A stretch of DNA of 64,000 nt from the NCBI GenBank assembly GCA_963712775.1, contig CAVQJG010000005.1, forward strand, positions 266,002 through 330,001, written 5' to 3'. The notes below the pieces were generated by a model. That model did not search any database and was not told where the DNA came from. It worked only from the letters and a program-made list of their open reading frames with translations. The DNA comes from Ilumatobacteraceae bacterium (GTDB lineage Bacteria > Actinomycetota > Acidimicrobiia > Acidimicrobiales > Ilumatobacteraceae). This document shows positions 8,097-16,693 of this stretch, one piece after another; positions within the stretch are counted from its first letter, which is position 1, and each line of letters opens with the position of its first letter. The position numbers and the translations under genes were made by a program.

Positions 8097-8995
8097 GTCT
8101 CGAGGGCGTCGACCACGACCGCTTCGGCCTCGGCCACCGGATCGTGCTCGACGTCGATCCAGCGTACGCGGGGATCGCGACGGAACCATCGCTCCTGGCG
8201 GACGGCGAACTGTCGGGTGCGGGTGATGATCGTGTCGATGGCCTCATCCTGACCGATCCGGCCCCCCAGCAGCTCCAGGATTTCCTTGTAGCCGAGCGCC
8301 TGGGCCGCGGTTCGGGACAGCCCGCGCACGGCCAGCGCCTCGACCTCGGCGACGAGACCATCGTCGATCATCCGCCGCACGCGAGCGGCGATGCGTTCGG
8401 CGATCACCGGACGTGGCCACCGCAGCCCGATCTGAGCGACATCGGAGTGCGGGTAGTCGTCGACGCCGGGTCCGAACGAGCTGAACGGCCGGCCGCTGCC
8501 GATCGTCACCTCCAGCGCCCGCACGATGCGTCGCCGGTTCGTCGGCTCCATCTTCGCCGCTGCAGTCGGGTCGAGCTCGGCGAGGCGGGCGTGGAGCCGA
8601 GCCGTGTCGTTCTCGGAATCCAGTTCGGCGTGCACGTCGGGCCACTGTCCCGGCAGATCGAAGTCGTCGATCACGACGCGGTGGTAGAGGCCCGTGCCAC
8701 CGACCAGCAGCGCCCGCCGGCCGCGCACTCCGATCGCCTCGATCGCGGTGCCATAGGCGAGACGGAACTCGGCAACGGTGAAGTCCTCGGTCGGCTCGAC
8801 GAGATCGAGCAGATGGTGGGGAATCTCGGCTCGCTCCGCTGCGGACGGTTTCGCGGTGCCGATGTCCATCCCGCGGTACACCTGCATGCTGTCGATCGAG
8901 ACCAGGTCGACGTCGCCGCGCCGGCGTGCGACCGCCATGGCGACGGCGGACTTCCCGGACGCCGTCGAGCCGACGAGCGCGACCCGGGGTGGCAG
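8093..8995 (-). CDS. miaA: tRNA dimethylallyltransferase MiaA; true start uncertain (non-canonical CTG 8995 proposed)
   Basis: Track ORF starts at ATG 8938 (MAVARRRGDVDLVSIDSMQVYRGMDIGTAKP..). The same frame upstream reads LPPRVALVGSTASGKSAVA, which is the MiaA P-loop (8971-8948). No ATG/GTG/TTG precedes it; the nearest candidates are CTG 8995 or CTG 9007. Confidence 0.85.
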   Translation of the reverse strand: MPPRVALVGSTASGKSAVAMAVARRRGDVDLVSIDSMQVYRGMDIGTAKPSAAERAEIPHHLLDLVEPTEDFTVAEFRLAYGTAIEAIGVRGRRALLVGGTGLYHRVVIDDFDLPGQWPDVHAELDSENDTARLHARLAELDPTAAAKMEPTNRRRIVRALEVTIGSGRPFSSFGPGVDDYPHSDVAQIGLRWPRPVIAERIAARVRRMIDDGLVAEVEALAVRGLSRTAAQALGYKEILELLGGRIGQDEAIDTIITRTRQFAVRQERWFRRDPRVRWIDVEHDPVAEAEAVVVDALET

Positions 8996-9003
8996 CCGGG
9001 GAC

Positions 9004-9300
9004 TCAGAGGTGCTCGCCCTCGGCGATGCGCTGGTGGTGGTGGATGACCTCCGCGACGATGAACCGGAGGAACTGCTCGGTGAAGACCGGGTCGAGACCC
9101 GATTCCTCGGCGAGCGCGCGCAGCCGATCGATCTGGATCCGCTCCCGGTCGGGATCGGCGGGCGGCAGATCCACCGTCGCCTTGTAGCGGCCGACCGCCT
9201 TGGTGATCTTGAACCGTTCGGCGAGCAGATGGACCAGGGCCGCGTCGATGTTGTCGATGCTGGCGCGGTACTCGGCCAGCTGCGGATCGACCTCGCTCAT
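9004..9300 (-). CDS. chorismate mutase (small AroQ class)
   Basis: 98 aa. LAEYRASIDNIDAALVHLLAERFKITKAVGRYK..DPDRERIQIDRLRALAEESGLDPVFTEQFLRFIVAEVI is the AroQ helical-bundle pattern. Confidence 0.8.
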   Translation of the reverse strand: MSEVDPQLAEYRASIDNIDAALVHLLAERFKITKAVGRYKATVDLPPADPDRERIQIDRLRALAEESGLDPVFTEQFLRFIVAEVIHHHQRIAEGEHL

Positions 9301-9334
9301 CCCGCCGACGCTACTTCCTCCTGCCGACCCCGAC

Positions 9335-9437
9335 CGCCCCCAACATCCGCCCCCCCAACCCCGAAAAATCGCGGAAACGGGTCGCCCAGCGTCCGAGTTC
9401 CGCAGGATTTCGGGATCGGGGCGTGGTGGGTCGGGCG
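9335..9437. repeat. structured intergenic repeat, family B copy 1 (C-rich tract + CCCCGAAA...TTTCGGG long hairpin)
   Basis: Aligns by eye with 46303-46407. Shared blocks are CCCCGAAA, TCGCG, GGTCGC, AGCGTCC and CCGCAGGATTTCGGG. It starts directly after the miaB stop codon (9438-9440). Confidence 0.6.
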
Positions 9438-10859
9438 TCAGAGGGCGGCGACGGGGATGCGGAGTCGGTGGGTCGGCTCGGAGAGGAACTCGACGAAGCG
9501 ACCCTCGAGGAAGTGCGGCGCGCCGCGGGTGATCTCGACCGTGGCGTAGCTCCCGGTGCGCATGGGCCGTGGGGGCGCGAAGTGCACCAACTTGTTCTGC
9601 CTGGTCCGGCCGCTCAGCACCGACGGGTCGCGTTTGCTCGGCCCCTCGACCAGGACCTCCTCGATGCGGCCGACACGTGCCTCGTGACGGCGCAGCGCAG
9701 ACCGCTCGACCACCAGTCGAAGTCGCTCGAAACGCTCACCGACAACGCCGGGATCGACGAAGTCGGCCTGCATCGACGCTGCCTCGGTGCCCTCACGGGG
9801 CGAGAACAGGAAGGTGTAGGCGTAGTCGTACTCGGCGGCGGCAGCCACCTCGAGGGTCTGCTCGAAGTCGGCCTCGGTCTCGCCGGGGAAGCCGACGATG
9901 ATGTCGGTCGACACGGCGAGGTCGTCGATCGCCGACCGGGCCTCGTCGAGTCGGGCCAGATATCGCTCGGAGGTGTACCCGCGGTGCATCAGGGCCAGGA
10001 CACGGTCGCTGCCCGACTGCAGCGGGTAGTGGAGGTGCTCGCACACCGCCGGCGTCTCCGCCATCGCGGCGAACGTCTCGGTCCGCATGTCCTTCGGGTG
10101 CGGGCTGGTGTACCGCACCCGTCGGATGCCCTCGATCGCACCGACGTCGCGCAGCAGGTCGGCGAACAACGGACGCAGCCGAACCGTGTCGTCGCCGGCC
10201 TGGCGTGCGGTCAACTGCAGGTCACGCCCGTAGCTGTTGACGTTCTGGCCGAGCAGCGTCACCTCGGTGACGCCCTCGGCGACCAACTGACGCACTTCGC
10301 CGAGGATCTCGTCGTACGGGCGGCTCATCTCCACGCCGCGCACGGACGGCACGATGCAGAACGCACAATTGTTGTCGCAGCCGATCTGGATCGTGACCCA
10401 CGCGTTGTACGACGTGTCGCGCCGGGCGGGCAGGGCCGACGGGAAGAGCGCCTGGTCGTCGATCACGGCCTCGGTGAGGATCTCGGTGATCGGACGGTCG
10501 GCACCGCGCGCCTCGGCGAGGAGTTCCGCCGCGCGGTGCACGTTGTGCGTACCCATGACCACGTCGACGTGTCGCGCTCGCTGGGCGACGAGTTCCTGGT
10601 CCTTCTGTGCGAGGCATCCGGACACGACGATCTGCCGACCCTCGCGCTCGCCCTTCCAGGTCTTGAGGTGGCCGAGGTTTCCGTAGAGCTTGTTGTCGGC
10701 GTTCTCGCGGATGCAGCACGTGTTGAGCACGACCACGTCGGCGTCGGCCTCCGACTCGGCGCGAACGAGCCCGTCGGCCTCGAGGAGCCCCGAGATGCGC
10801 TCGGAGTCGTGCTCGTTCATCTGGCACCCGTAGGTGCGCACGACATAGCTGCGGGACAT
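9438..10859 (-). CDS. miaB: tRNA-2-methylthio-N6-dimethylallyladenosine synthase MiaB
   Basis: MSRSYVVRTYGCQMNEHDSERI..VLNTCCIRENA..QIGCDNNCAFCIVP (radical-SAM CxxxCxxC) plus a C-terminal TRAM domain. Confidence 0.95.
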   Translation of the reverse strand: MSRSYVVRTYGCQMNEHDSERISGLLEADGLVRAESEADADVVVLNTCCIRENADNKLYGNLGHLKTWKGEREGRQIVVSGCLAQKDQELVAQRARHVDVVMGTHNVHRAAELLAEARGADRPITEILTEAVIDDQALFPSALPARRDTSYNAWVTIQIGCDNNCAFCIVPSVRGVEMSRPYDEILGEVRQLVAEGVTEVTLLGQNVNSYGRDLQLTARQAGDDTVRLRPLFADLLRDVGAIEGIRRVRYTSPHPKDMRTETFAAMAETPAVCEHLHYPLQSGSDRVLALMHRGYTSERYLARLDEARSAIDDLAVSTDIIVGFPGETEADFEQTLEVAAAAEYDYAYTFLFSPREGTEAASMQADFVDPGVVGERFERLRLVVERSALRRHEARVGRIEEVLVEGPSKRDPSVLSGRTRQNKLVHFAPPRPMRTGSYATVEITRGAPHFLEGRFVEFLSEPTHRLRIPVAAL

Positions 10860-10876
10860 GGCCGCCCAGGCTATCG

Positions 10877-11377
10877 ATGACGATCGCCTGCGTGCCGCCG
10901 GTCATGGGCCGAGGCAGAGCCGACGCCGCTATCGTCGCCGCCGTGCTCGCCATCCTCGTCGTCGACAACAACGATCTGTACCGGATCCTCTACTTCGTCC
11001 ACCTGCTCGCAGCGATCGCTGCATTCGGCCCGCTCTTCCTCTACCCGCGCCTGCAGCGGGCAGGCGCCACCGCCGACGTCGCTCGTCTGCACATGGTGTT
11101 GGTCTTCCCGGCCCTCGTGGTGTTGTGGGTCGCCGGGATGGGGATGGCCGGAGTGGGCAAGATCAGCCTCGTCGGCACCCCCTTCGTGACGGCGACGATC
11201 GTGCTGTGGCTGGCTGCCCTCGCCGTGAGCTGGTTCATGATCCGGCCGGCGCTGACCGAGACGGGCGACGACGCCCGCAAGATCATGGCCGCCGGGATCG
11301 GCATCACGCACGTGATCCTGGTGGTGTCGCTGTACCTGATGATCTTCAAGCCGGGCGGCTACGAGTTCAACAGCTGA
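10877..11377 (+). CDS. hypothetical integral membrane protein (4 predicted TM helices)
   Basis: 166-aa ORF with high GC3 and four hydrophobic stretches. The start could instead be the internal ATG at 10904. Confidence 0.55.
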   Translation: MTIACVPPVMGRGRADAAIVAAVLAILVVDNNDLYRILYFVHLLAAIAAFGPLFLYPRLQRAGATADVARLHMVLVFPALVVLWVAGMGMAGVGKISLVGTPFVTATIVLWLAALAVSWFMIRPALTETGDDARKIMAAGIGITHVILVVSLYLMIFKPGGYEFNS

Positions 11378-11390
11378 CCAACCGGCAGGT

Positions 11391-11822
11391 TCAGCCGCCC
11401 ATCACCAGCCGGCCGTCGTGGTCGAGCGTGGCGTACGGGTTGTGTACCAACTCCCACAGGTGGCCGTCGAGGTCGGCGACGTAGGACGAGTACCCGCCCC
11501 AGAACGCAGTGTGCGGCTCGACGACCGGCGCGGCCCCTGCCGCGATCCACTCGGCGTACACCTCGTCGACCTCGGCGGGCGAGGCCAGGTTCATCGCGAG
11601 GGTGACACCCCGGAACCCTGATCCGTCCGCCGGCACCTTCGCGTCGTCGGCGAGCGCCGACCACTCGTAGAGGCCGAACACGGGGCCGACGGTGTCGAAC
11701 AACGTGATGGTCGGCATCGACGCCGGCGACTTCGTCCAGCCGAGCGACTCGTAGAACGCAGTGGCCCGGGCGAGATCGGCGACCCCGAACGTGACGATCG
11801 AGATGCGGTTGGGAACGGTCAT
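11391..11822 (-). CDS. VOC (glyoxalase / bleomycin-resistance fold) family protein
   Basis: ISIVTFGVADLARATAFYESLGW..GFRGVTLAMNLASPAEVDEVY..FWGGYSSYVADLDGHLWELVHNP. Strong SD (GAAGGAGG) 5 nt upstream of the ATG. Sits 51 nt downstream of recA on the same strand. Confidence 0.8.
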   Translation of the reverse strand: MTVPNRISIVTFGVADLARATAFYESLGWTKSPASMPTITLFDTVGPVFGLYEWSALADDAKVPADGSGFRGVTLAMNLASPAEVDEVYAEWIAAGAAPVVEPHTAFWGGYSSYVADLDGHLWELVHNPYATLDHDGRLVMGG

Positions 11823-11873
11823 GACAGCCTCCTTCGTCGGACGTCCATCATGACCGCTCCCCCGCTGTCACGG

Positions 11874-12947
<1,074 letters not shown>

Positions 12948-13001
12948 GTGGTTCTCACTTTCGTCGTGCGGTGGGCGAACCCGTTGCGGTTGGTGGTGTG
13001 C

Positions 13002-13024
13002 ACCGTAGAGAAGGGGTGTCACAG
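13002..13024 (-). promoter_or_regulatory. recA proximal promoter candidate: CTGTGACAC-N8-TACGGT (RecA-NDp-like element)
   Basis: Minus strand 13024->13002 reads CTGTGACACCCCTTCTCTACGGT, 20/23 identical to 27031-27053. The geometry is that of tTGTCRgtg-N8-TAnnnT. Confidence 0.5.
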
Positions 13025-13097
13025 GGTTGATCGGGTGGGCGGTCGAGGTGCGGGAGGCGTTCCGGGATGTGGCCGCTCGGCACGACCGAATGACACG

Positions 13098-13127
13098 AGT
13101 GTAGTTGACGAACACAGGTTCGTACAA
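13098..13127 (-). promoter_or_regulatory. recA distal promoter candidate (TTGTAC-18 nt-TACACT) with the LexA box in its spacer
   Basis: Minus strand: -35 TTGTAC (13127-13122), -10 TACACT (13103-13098). The SOS box 13108-13123 lies between them. Confidence 0.5.
13108..13123. promoter_or_regulatory. LexA (SOS) box ACGAAC-ACAG-GTTCGT upstream of recA
   Basis: Perfect GAAC-N4-GTTC (GAAC 13110-13113, GTTC 13118-13121) with CG/CG flanks. Confidence 0.8.
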
Positions 13128-13132
13128 GCATC

Positions 13133-13148
13133 GTTCGAACGAACGTGC
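13133..13148. promoter_or_regulatory. possible auxiliary LexA half-site cluster (GTTCGAAC-GAAC-GTGC)
   Basis: 8-bp palindrome GTTCGAAC (13133-13140) followed by GAAC-GTGC. Reading GAAC(13137)-N4-GTGC gives one mismatch. Confidence 0.3.
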
Positions 13149-13226
13149 GCGGTGTTCGGTGCGGCGACCGGCGTCACGGCACCCACCGGTCACGGTTCCC
13201 CTGCCCGCGCCGCCTAGGTTTCGGAC

Positions 13227-13781
13227 ATGCACCGCGGCACTCGCGAGTTCGACACGACGGCCGAACTCGTCGAACACCTCCGGGAACTGGCCACACTCGG
13301 CTCCGACGAGGGCCTTGCGTTCTCCGAGCTCGACCACGGCCTGCAGACCGCCGCGCTCCTGGAAGCGACGCATCCCGACGACCTCGAGCTGCAGGTCGCC
13401 GGTCTCGTCCACGACCTCGCCCACCCGTGGGACGGCCCCGGCCAGCCCGAGCACCACCGGCTCGGCGCCCGCGCCATACAGGACCTGCTGGGCGAGCGCG
13501 TGGCCTTCCTCGTCGAAGCGCACGTCGGCGCGAAGCGATACCTCGTCGCGACCGATCCCGCCTACCGCGACGCCCTCTCACCCGGCAGCGTGGAGACCCT
13601 CGCCGCGCAGGGCGGTCCGATGTCGCCCGACGAGGTGCGGGCCGCCGACGCCACCGCCCACTGGACCGCGGCGGTCGCGCTCCGGCGAGCCGACGACGGC
13701 GCCAAGGTGCCCGGTGCCGACGTTCCCGCACTCGATCACTGGCTCGCGGCGATCGACGCCGTGGCGGCTCGCCCGTCGTGA
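13227..13781 (+). CDS. HD-domain protein, PhnZ-like (phosphonate-associated HD oxygenase family candidate)
   Basis: [37 protein letters not shown] = H...HD metal ligands in the arrangement I associate with PhnZ/TmpB-type HD proteins. The stop overlaps the next gene start (GTGA). Confidence 0.65.
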   Translation: MHRGTREFDTTAELVEHLRELATLGSDEGLAFSELDHGLQTAALLEATHPDDLELQVAGLVHDLAHPWDGPGQPEHHRLGARAIQDLLGERVAFLVEAHVGAKRYLVATDPAYRDALSPGSVETLAAQGGPMSPDEVRAADATAHWTAAVALRRADDGAKVPGADVPALDHWLAAIDAVAARPS

Positions 13782-15226
13782 ACCGGCCCAACGTCCTGCT
13801 GATCACGCTCGATCAGTACCGCGGCGACAGCCTGAGCTGCGCCGGCCACCCGGTCGTCCGCACCCCGAACCTCGACGCGCTCGCGGCCGACGGAGTTCGT
13901 CTCGCCAACCACTACGCGCAGGCTGCACCTTGCTCGCCGGGCCGGGCGGCGCTCTACACCGGCACGTACCAGATGACCAATCGGGTCGTGGCCAACGGCA
14001 CGCCGCTCGACGATCGATTCGACAACATCGCCCGAGCGGCTCGGCGAGCAGGATGGGCTCCGACGCTGTTCGGATACACCGACCAGGGCGTCGACCCGAG
14101 AACGGTGACCGATCCGGACGATCCCCGCCTGTCCGACTACGAGGAGATCCTGCCCGGCTTCGACGTCGGCCTCGACCTGCGGGGCAACGGTGAGCTGTGG
14201 GCGCGGTGGCTCGCCGAACAGGGCCACGACGTCACCGACGGCACCCAGGCACTCCGGACCGAGCCGCTGCGACCGGCCGAGCTGTCGCACTCCGCGTTCC
14301 TCACCGATCGACTCCTCGACTGGATCGACCGCCAGGACGAGCCCTGGTTCGCCCACGCCTCGTACCTGCGACCACATCCTCCGTACGCCGCTGCCGGTCA
14401 CTGGTCGCGGGCCTACGACCCCGACGAGCTGCCCGCACCGGTTCCGGTCGGCGACGAGCTGCACGGCCTCCACCGGTCGCTGCTGCAGCACCCTGACGCT
14501 GCGGCGCCGGCCGATCCGGTCGAACTCGCCCGACTCCGGGCGCAGTACTACGGCATGTGCAGCGAGGTCGACGACCAGCTGGGCCGCGTGTGGGAGTCGC
14601 TGCGCCGGTCCGGCCAGTGGAACGACACGATCATCGTGGTGACCGCCGACCACGGCGAACAGCTCGGCGACCAGGGCCTGATCCAGAAGGCCGGCTTCTT
14701 CGAGGCCAGCTACCACATCATCGGCATCATGCGCGATCCGCGCCGCCCCGGCAGCGCCGGAGCCGTTGTCGAGCAGTACACCGAGAACGTCGACATCTTC
14801 CCGACGATCTGCCACCTCCTCGGCGAGGACGTGCCGGCACAGTGCGACGGGCACCCGCTCACGCCCTTCCTCGACGGCGTGGCCCCCAGCGTGTGGCGCG
14901 ACGGAGCCCACTGGGAGTGGGACTGGCGCGATGCGCTGGTGTCCGCCGGCCAGGCCGACGATCCCTGGGACCGACGCAGCGATCGCAACAACCTCGCGGT
15001 GGTCCGCACCGCCACGCATGCCTACGTCCAGTTCGGCAACGGCAGCTGGCGCTGCTACGACCTCGCCGAGGACCCGACGTGGCGGACCGAAGTGCGCGAT
15101 CCCGCTGTGGTGCTCCCGCTCGCGCAGGCGATGATCACCTGGCGCCAGGAACACCTCGACCGGAACCTCACGGGTTTCTGGTTGCGCGACGGCGGGATCG
15201 GGCGCCGGCCGTACGCGGCGAGCTGA
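13778..15226 (+). CDS. sulfatase / alkaline-phosphatase-superfamily hydrolase with Cys-type formylglycine motif (phosphonate monoester hydrolase-like)
   Basis: GTG 13778 within ORF 13145..15226. NVLLITLDQYRGD..TPNLDALAADG..APCSPGRAALYTG (CxPxR)..YLRPHPPY..QWNDTIIVVTADHGEQLGD..CDGHPLTPFL. No signal peptide. Confidence 0.85.
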   Translation: MNRPNVLLITLDQYRGDSLSCAGHPVVRTPNLDALAADGVRLANHYAQAAPCSPGRAALYTGTYQMTNRVVANGTPLDDRFDNIARAARRAGWAPTLFGYTDQGVDPRTVTDPDDPRLSDYEEILPGFDVGLDLRGNGELWARWLAEQGHDVTDGTQALRTEPLRPAELSHSAFLTDRLLDWIDRQDEPWFAHASYLRPHPPYAAAGHWSRAYDPDELPAPVPVGDELHGLHRSLLQHPDAAAPADPVELARLRAQYYGMCSEVDDQLGRVWESLRRSGQWNDTIIVVTADHGEQLGDQGLIQKAGFFEASYHIIGIMRDPRRPGSAGAVVEQYTENVDIFPTICHLLGEDVPAQCDGHPLTPFLDGVAPSVWRDGAHWEWDWRDALVSAGQADDPWDRRSDRNNLAVVRTATHAYVQFGNGSWRCYDLAEDPTWRTEVRDPAVVLPLAQAMITWRQEHLDRNLTGFWLRDGGIGRRPYAAS

Positions 15227-15230
15227 TCCG

Positions 15231-15725
15231 CTAGTCGCGCTCGGGAGCGGAGGCGGGATCGGACGTCGGTGTGGTCGTCGGTGTGGTTGTCGGTGTGGTT
15301 GTCGGTGTGGTCGTCGCCCCGTCGGCGTCGTGGTCGCCGACGATCTGGAAGTCGAGCGGCGTCGGGGCACGCATCATGATGTCGATCGCCTGCCACATCA
15401 GGTACGCCGATCCGTACAGGAGCAGCGGGAGGACGAATGCGAGCACGACGAGCACGGCGAACATCGGCCCGACCGCCACGTCGGGCCAGGTGTAGGCGAC
15501 CATGCCGCCCAGCACCAGCATCAACGGGCCGAAGGTGATGATTGCCGTGATCGCCGCCGCCCCGAGTTCGTAGCCCACGTCGTTGCGGCGCCAGTCGAGA
15601 CCGCAGGTCTGGCAACAGTCGGCCTTCTTGAACCAGCCGACGAAGAACGCCCCCCGCCCGCCGCACCACGGACAGCGCCGGAAGGCCCCTCGGATCAACA
15701 TGTGGAACAAGCCGGGTCGCTTCAC
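15231..15725 (-). CDS. DUF983-type small membrane protein with C-terminal (TTTP)n tail
   Basis: CPWCGGRGAFFVGWFKKADCCQTCGLDW zinc-ribbon-like N-terminus plus 2 TM helices. The tail is DGATTTPTTTPTTTPTTTPTSDP. Confidence 0.7.
   Translation of the reverse strand: MKRPGLFHMLIRGAFRRCPWCGGRGAFFVGWFKKADCCQTCGLDWRRNDVGYELGAAAITAIITFGPLMLVLGGMVAYTWPDVAVGPMFAVLVVLAFVLPLLLYGSAYLMWQAIDIMMRAPTPLDFQIVGDHDADGATTTPTTTPTTTPTTTPTSDPASAPERD
15267..15314. repeat. 4 x 12-nt tandem repeat (cggtgtggtYgt) encoding (TTTP)4
   Basis: Units at 15267-78, 15279-90, 15291-302 and 15303-14. Only the Y position (c/t) differs. Confidence 0.9.
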
Positions 15726-15763
15726 GATTCAAGGTTATGCGCTGGATTTGTCAGACTCTCAAA

Positions 15764-16573
15764 ATGCGCCGTTCCATCGGAGGCCTCCTGTTGATCGTCG
15801 GCGCCGTGATGATCGCGCTCGCGATCGGCGCCTGGTGGCTCCAGCGGGTGGCATTCACGCCTGCCGACGACTCCGGCGTCGCGTTGTCGATCCTCGGCGA
15901 CGAGGACATCCGGGGCCAGATCGCCACGATCGTCGCGAGCGCCGATGCTCCGACCCTCCAACAGTCACCCCCGCAGCTCAAGGAGTTCATCGAGGAGATC
16001 GCCCGCATTCCCGACGGCGCTGCGCTGATGAGCCGATTCATCGCCGAGGGCCACGCCCGTCTGCTCGGTGAGACCGACGAGCTGGTCCTGATCACCGCCG
16101 AGGAGCAGGTGACGATCGTCCGTGACGAACGCGTCGGCGAGGCCGACTCGCTCACGCTCCCGGTGCAACGCGTCGGCTCGATGGCGTTCCTGAACGACTG
16201 GCTGGGGTGGTTCGCGCTCGGCGCCGGCGGGTTCGGGCTGCTCGTGGTCCTCGTCGGCGTCGTCCTGCGGCCCGAACGCGGCGAAGGCACCTTCGCGCTG
16301 GGCGTCGGGTTGGCGAGCCTGGCCGGTTCACTGGTGCTGTTCGGGTACCTCGTGCCGCTGGCCGTGCTGCCGGCCTTCTCCGACGATCCGTGGATGGGCC
16401 TGATGCCGAGGCTCGCGAACCACCATCGCAACCTGACGCTGCTCCTGGCGGTCGTGTCGCTCGTGATCGCAGCGCTGATCGTGTTCGCGACCAGCAGCCG
16501 GCGCCAACGCCGCCAACACTCGACCCCGCTCAACGTCGGCCGCTACCGCGACGACCGCAGCTGGAGCCGCTGA
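15764..16573 (+). CDS. hypothetical integral membrane protein
   Basis: ORF 15737..16573. MRRSIGGLLLIVGAVMIALAIGAWW start (ATG 15764) preferred. Soluble middle domain followed by about 4 C-terminal TM helices. Confidence 0.6.
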   Translation: MRRSIGGLLLIVGAVMIALAIGAWWLQRVAFTPADDSGVALSILGDEDIRGQIATIVASADAPTLQQSPPQLKEFIEEIARIPDGAALMSRFIAEGHARLLGETDELVLITAEEQVTIVRDERVGEADSLTLPVQRVGSMAFLNDWLGWFALGAGGFGLLVVLVGVVLRPERGEGTFALGVGLASLAGSLVLFGYLVPLAVLPAFSDDPWMGLMPRLANHHRNLTLLLAVVSLVIAALIVFATSSRRQRRQHSTPLNVGRYRDDRSWSR

Positions 16574-16596
16574 GCAGACCTCCGTCCATCCCGGTC

Positions 16597-16645
16597 GTTC
16601 TCGTGAACGAGGTGCGCACCAGGGGCGCATCTTGTTCACGAGAAC
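16597..16645. terminator. palindromic element family A copy 1 (GTTCTCGTGAAC...GTTCACGAGAAC), probable I-shaped terminator
   Basis: 21-nt arms 16597-16617 and 16625-16645 with loop ACCAGGG. The two arm mismatches are G.U wobbles on the + strand RNA. It lies 24 nt after the stop at 16573. Confidence 0.55.
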
Positions 16646-16693
16646 CGTTGCGTACGATCGGTTCGACGGTTCGAGACCCGAGGAGGGCATGCG

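Noticed and set aside
13108-13226. The idea that the HD / sulfatase-like cassette (start 13227) is LexA-regulated because the recA SOS boxes lie in the shared divergent region.
   Set aside because: The perfect box sits in the spacer of the recA-directed promoter. It is about 90 nt upstream of the HD gene's own TAGGTT hexamer, so it is not positioned to occlude that promoter.
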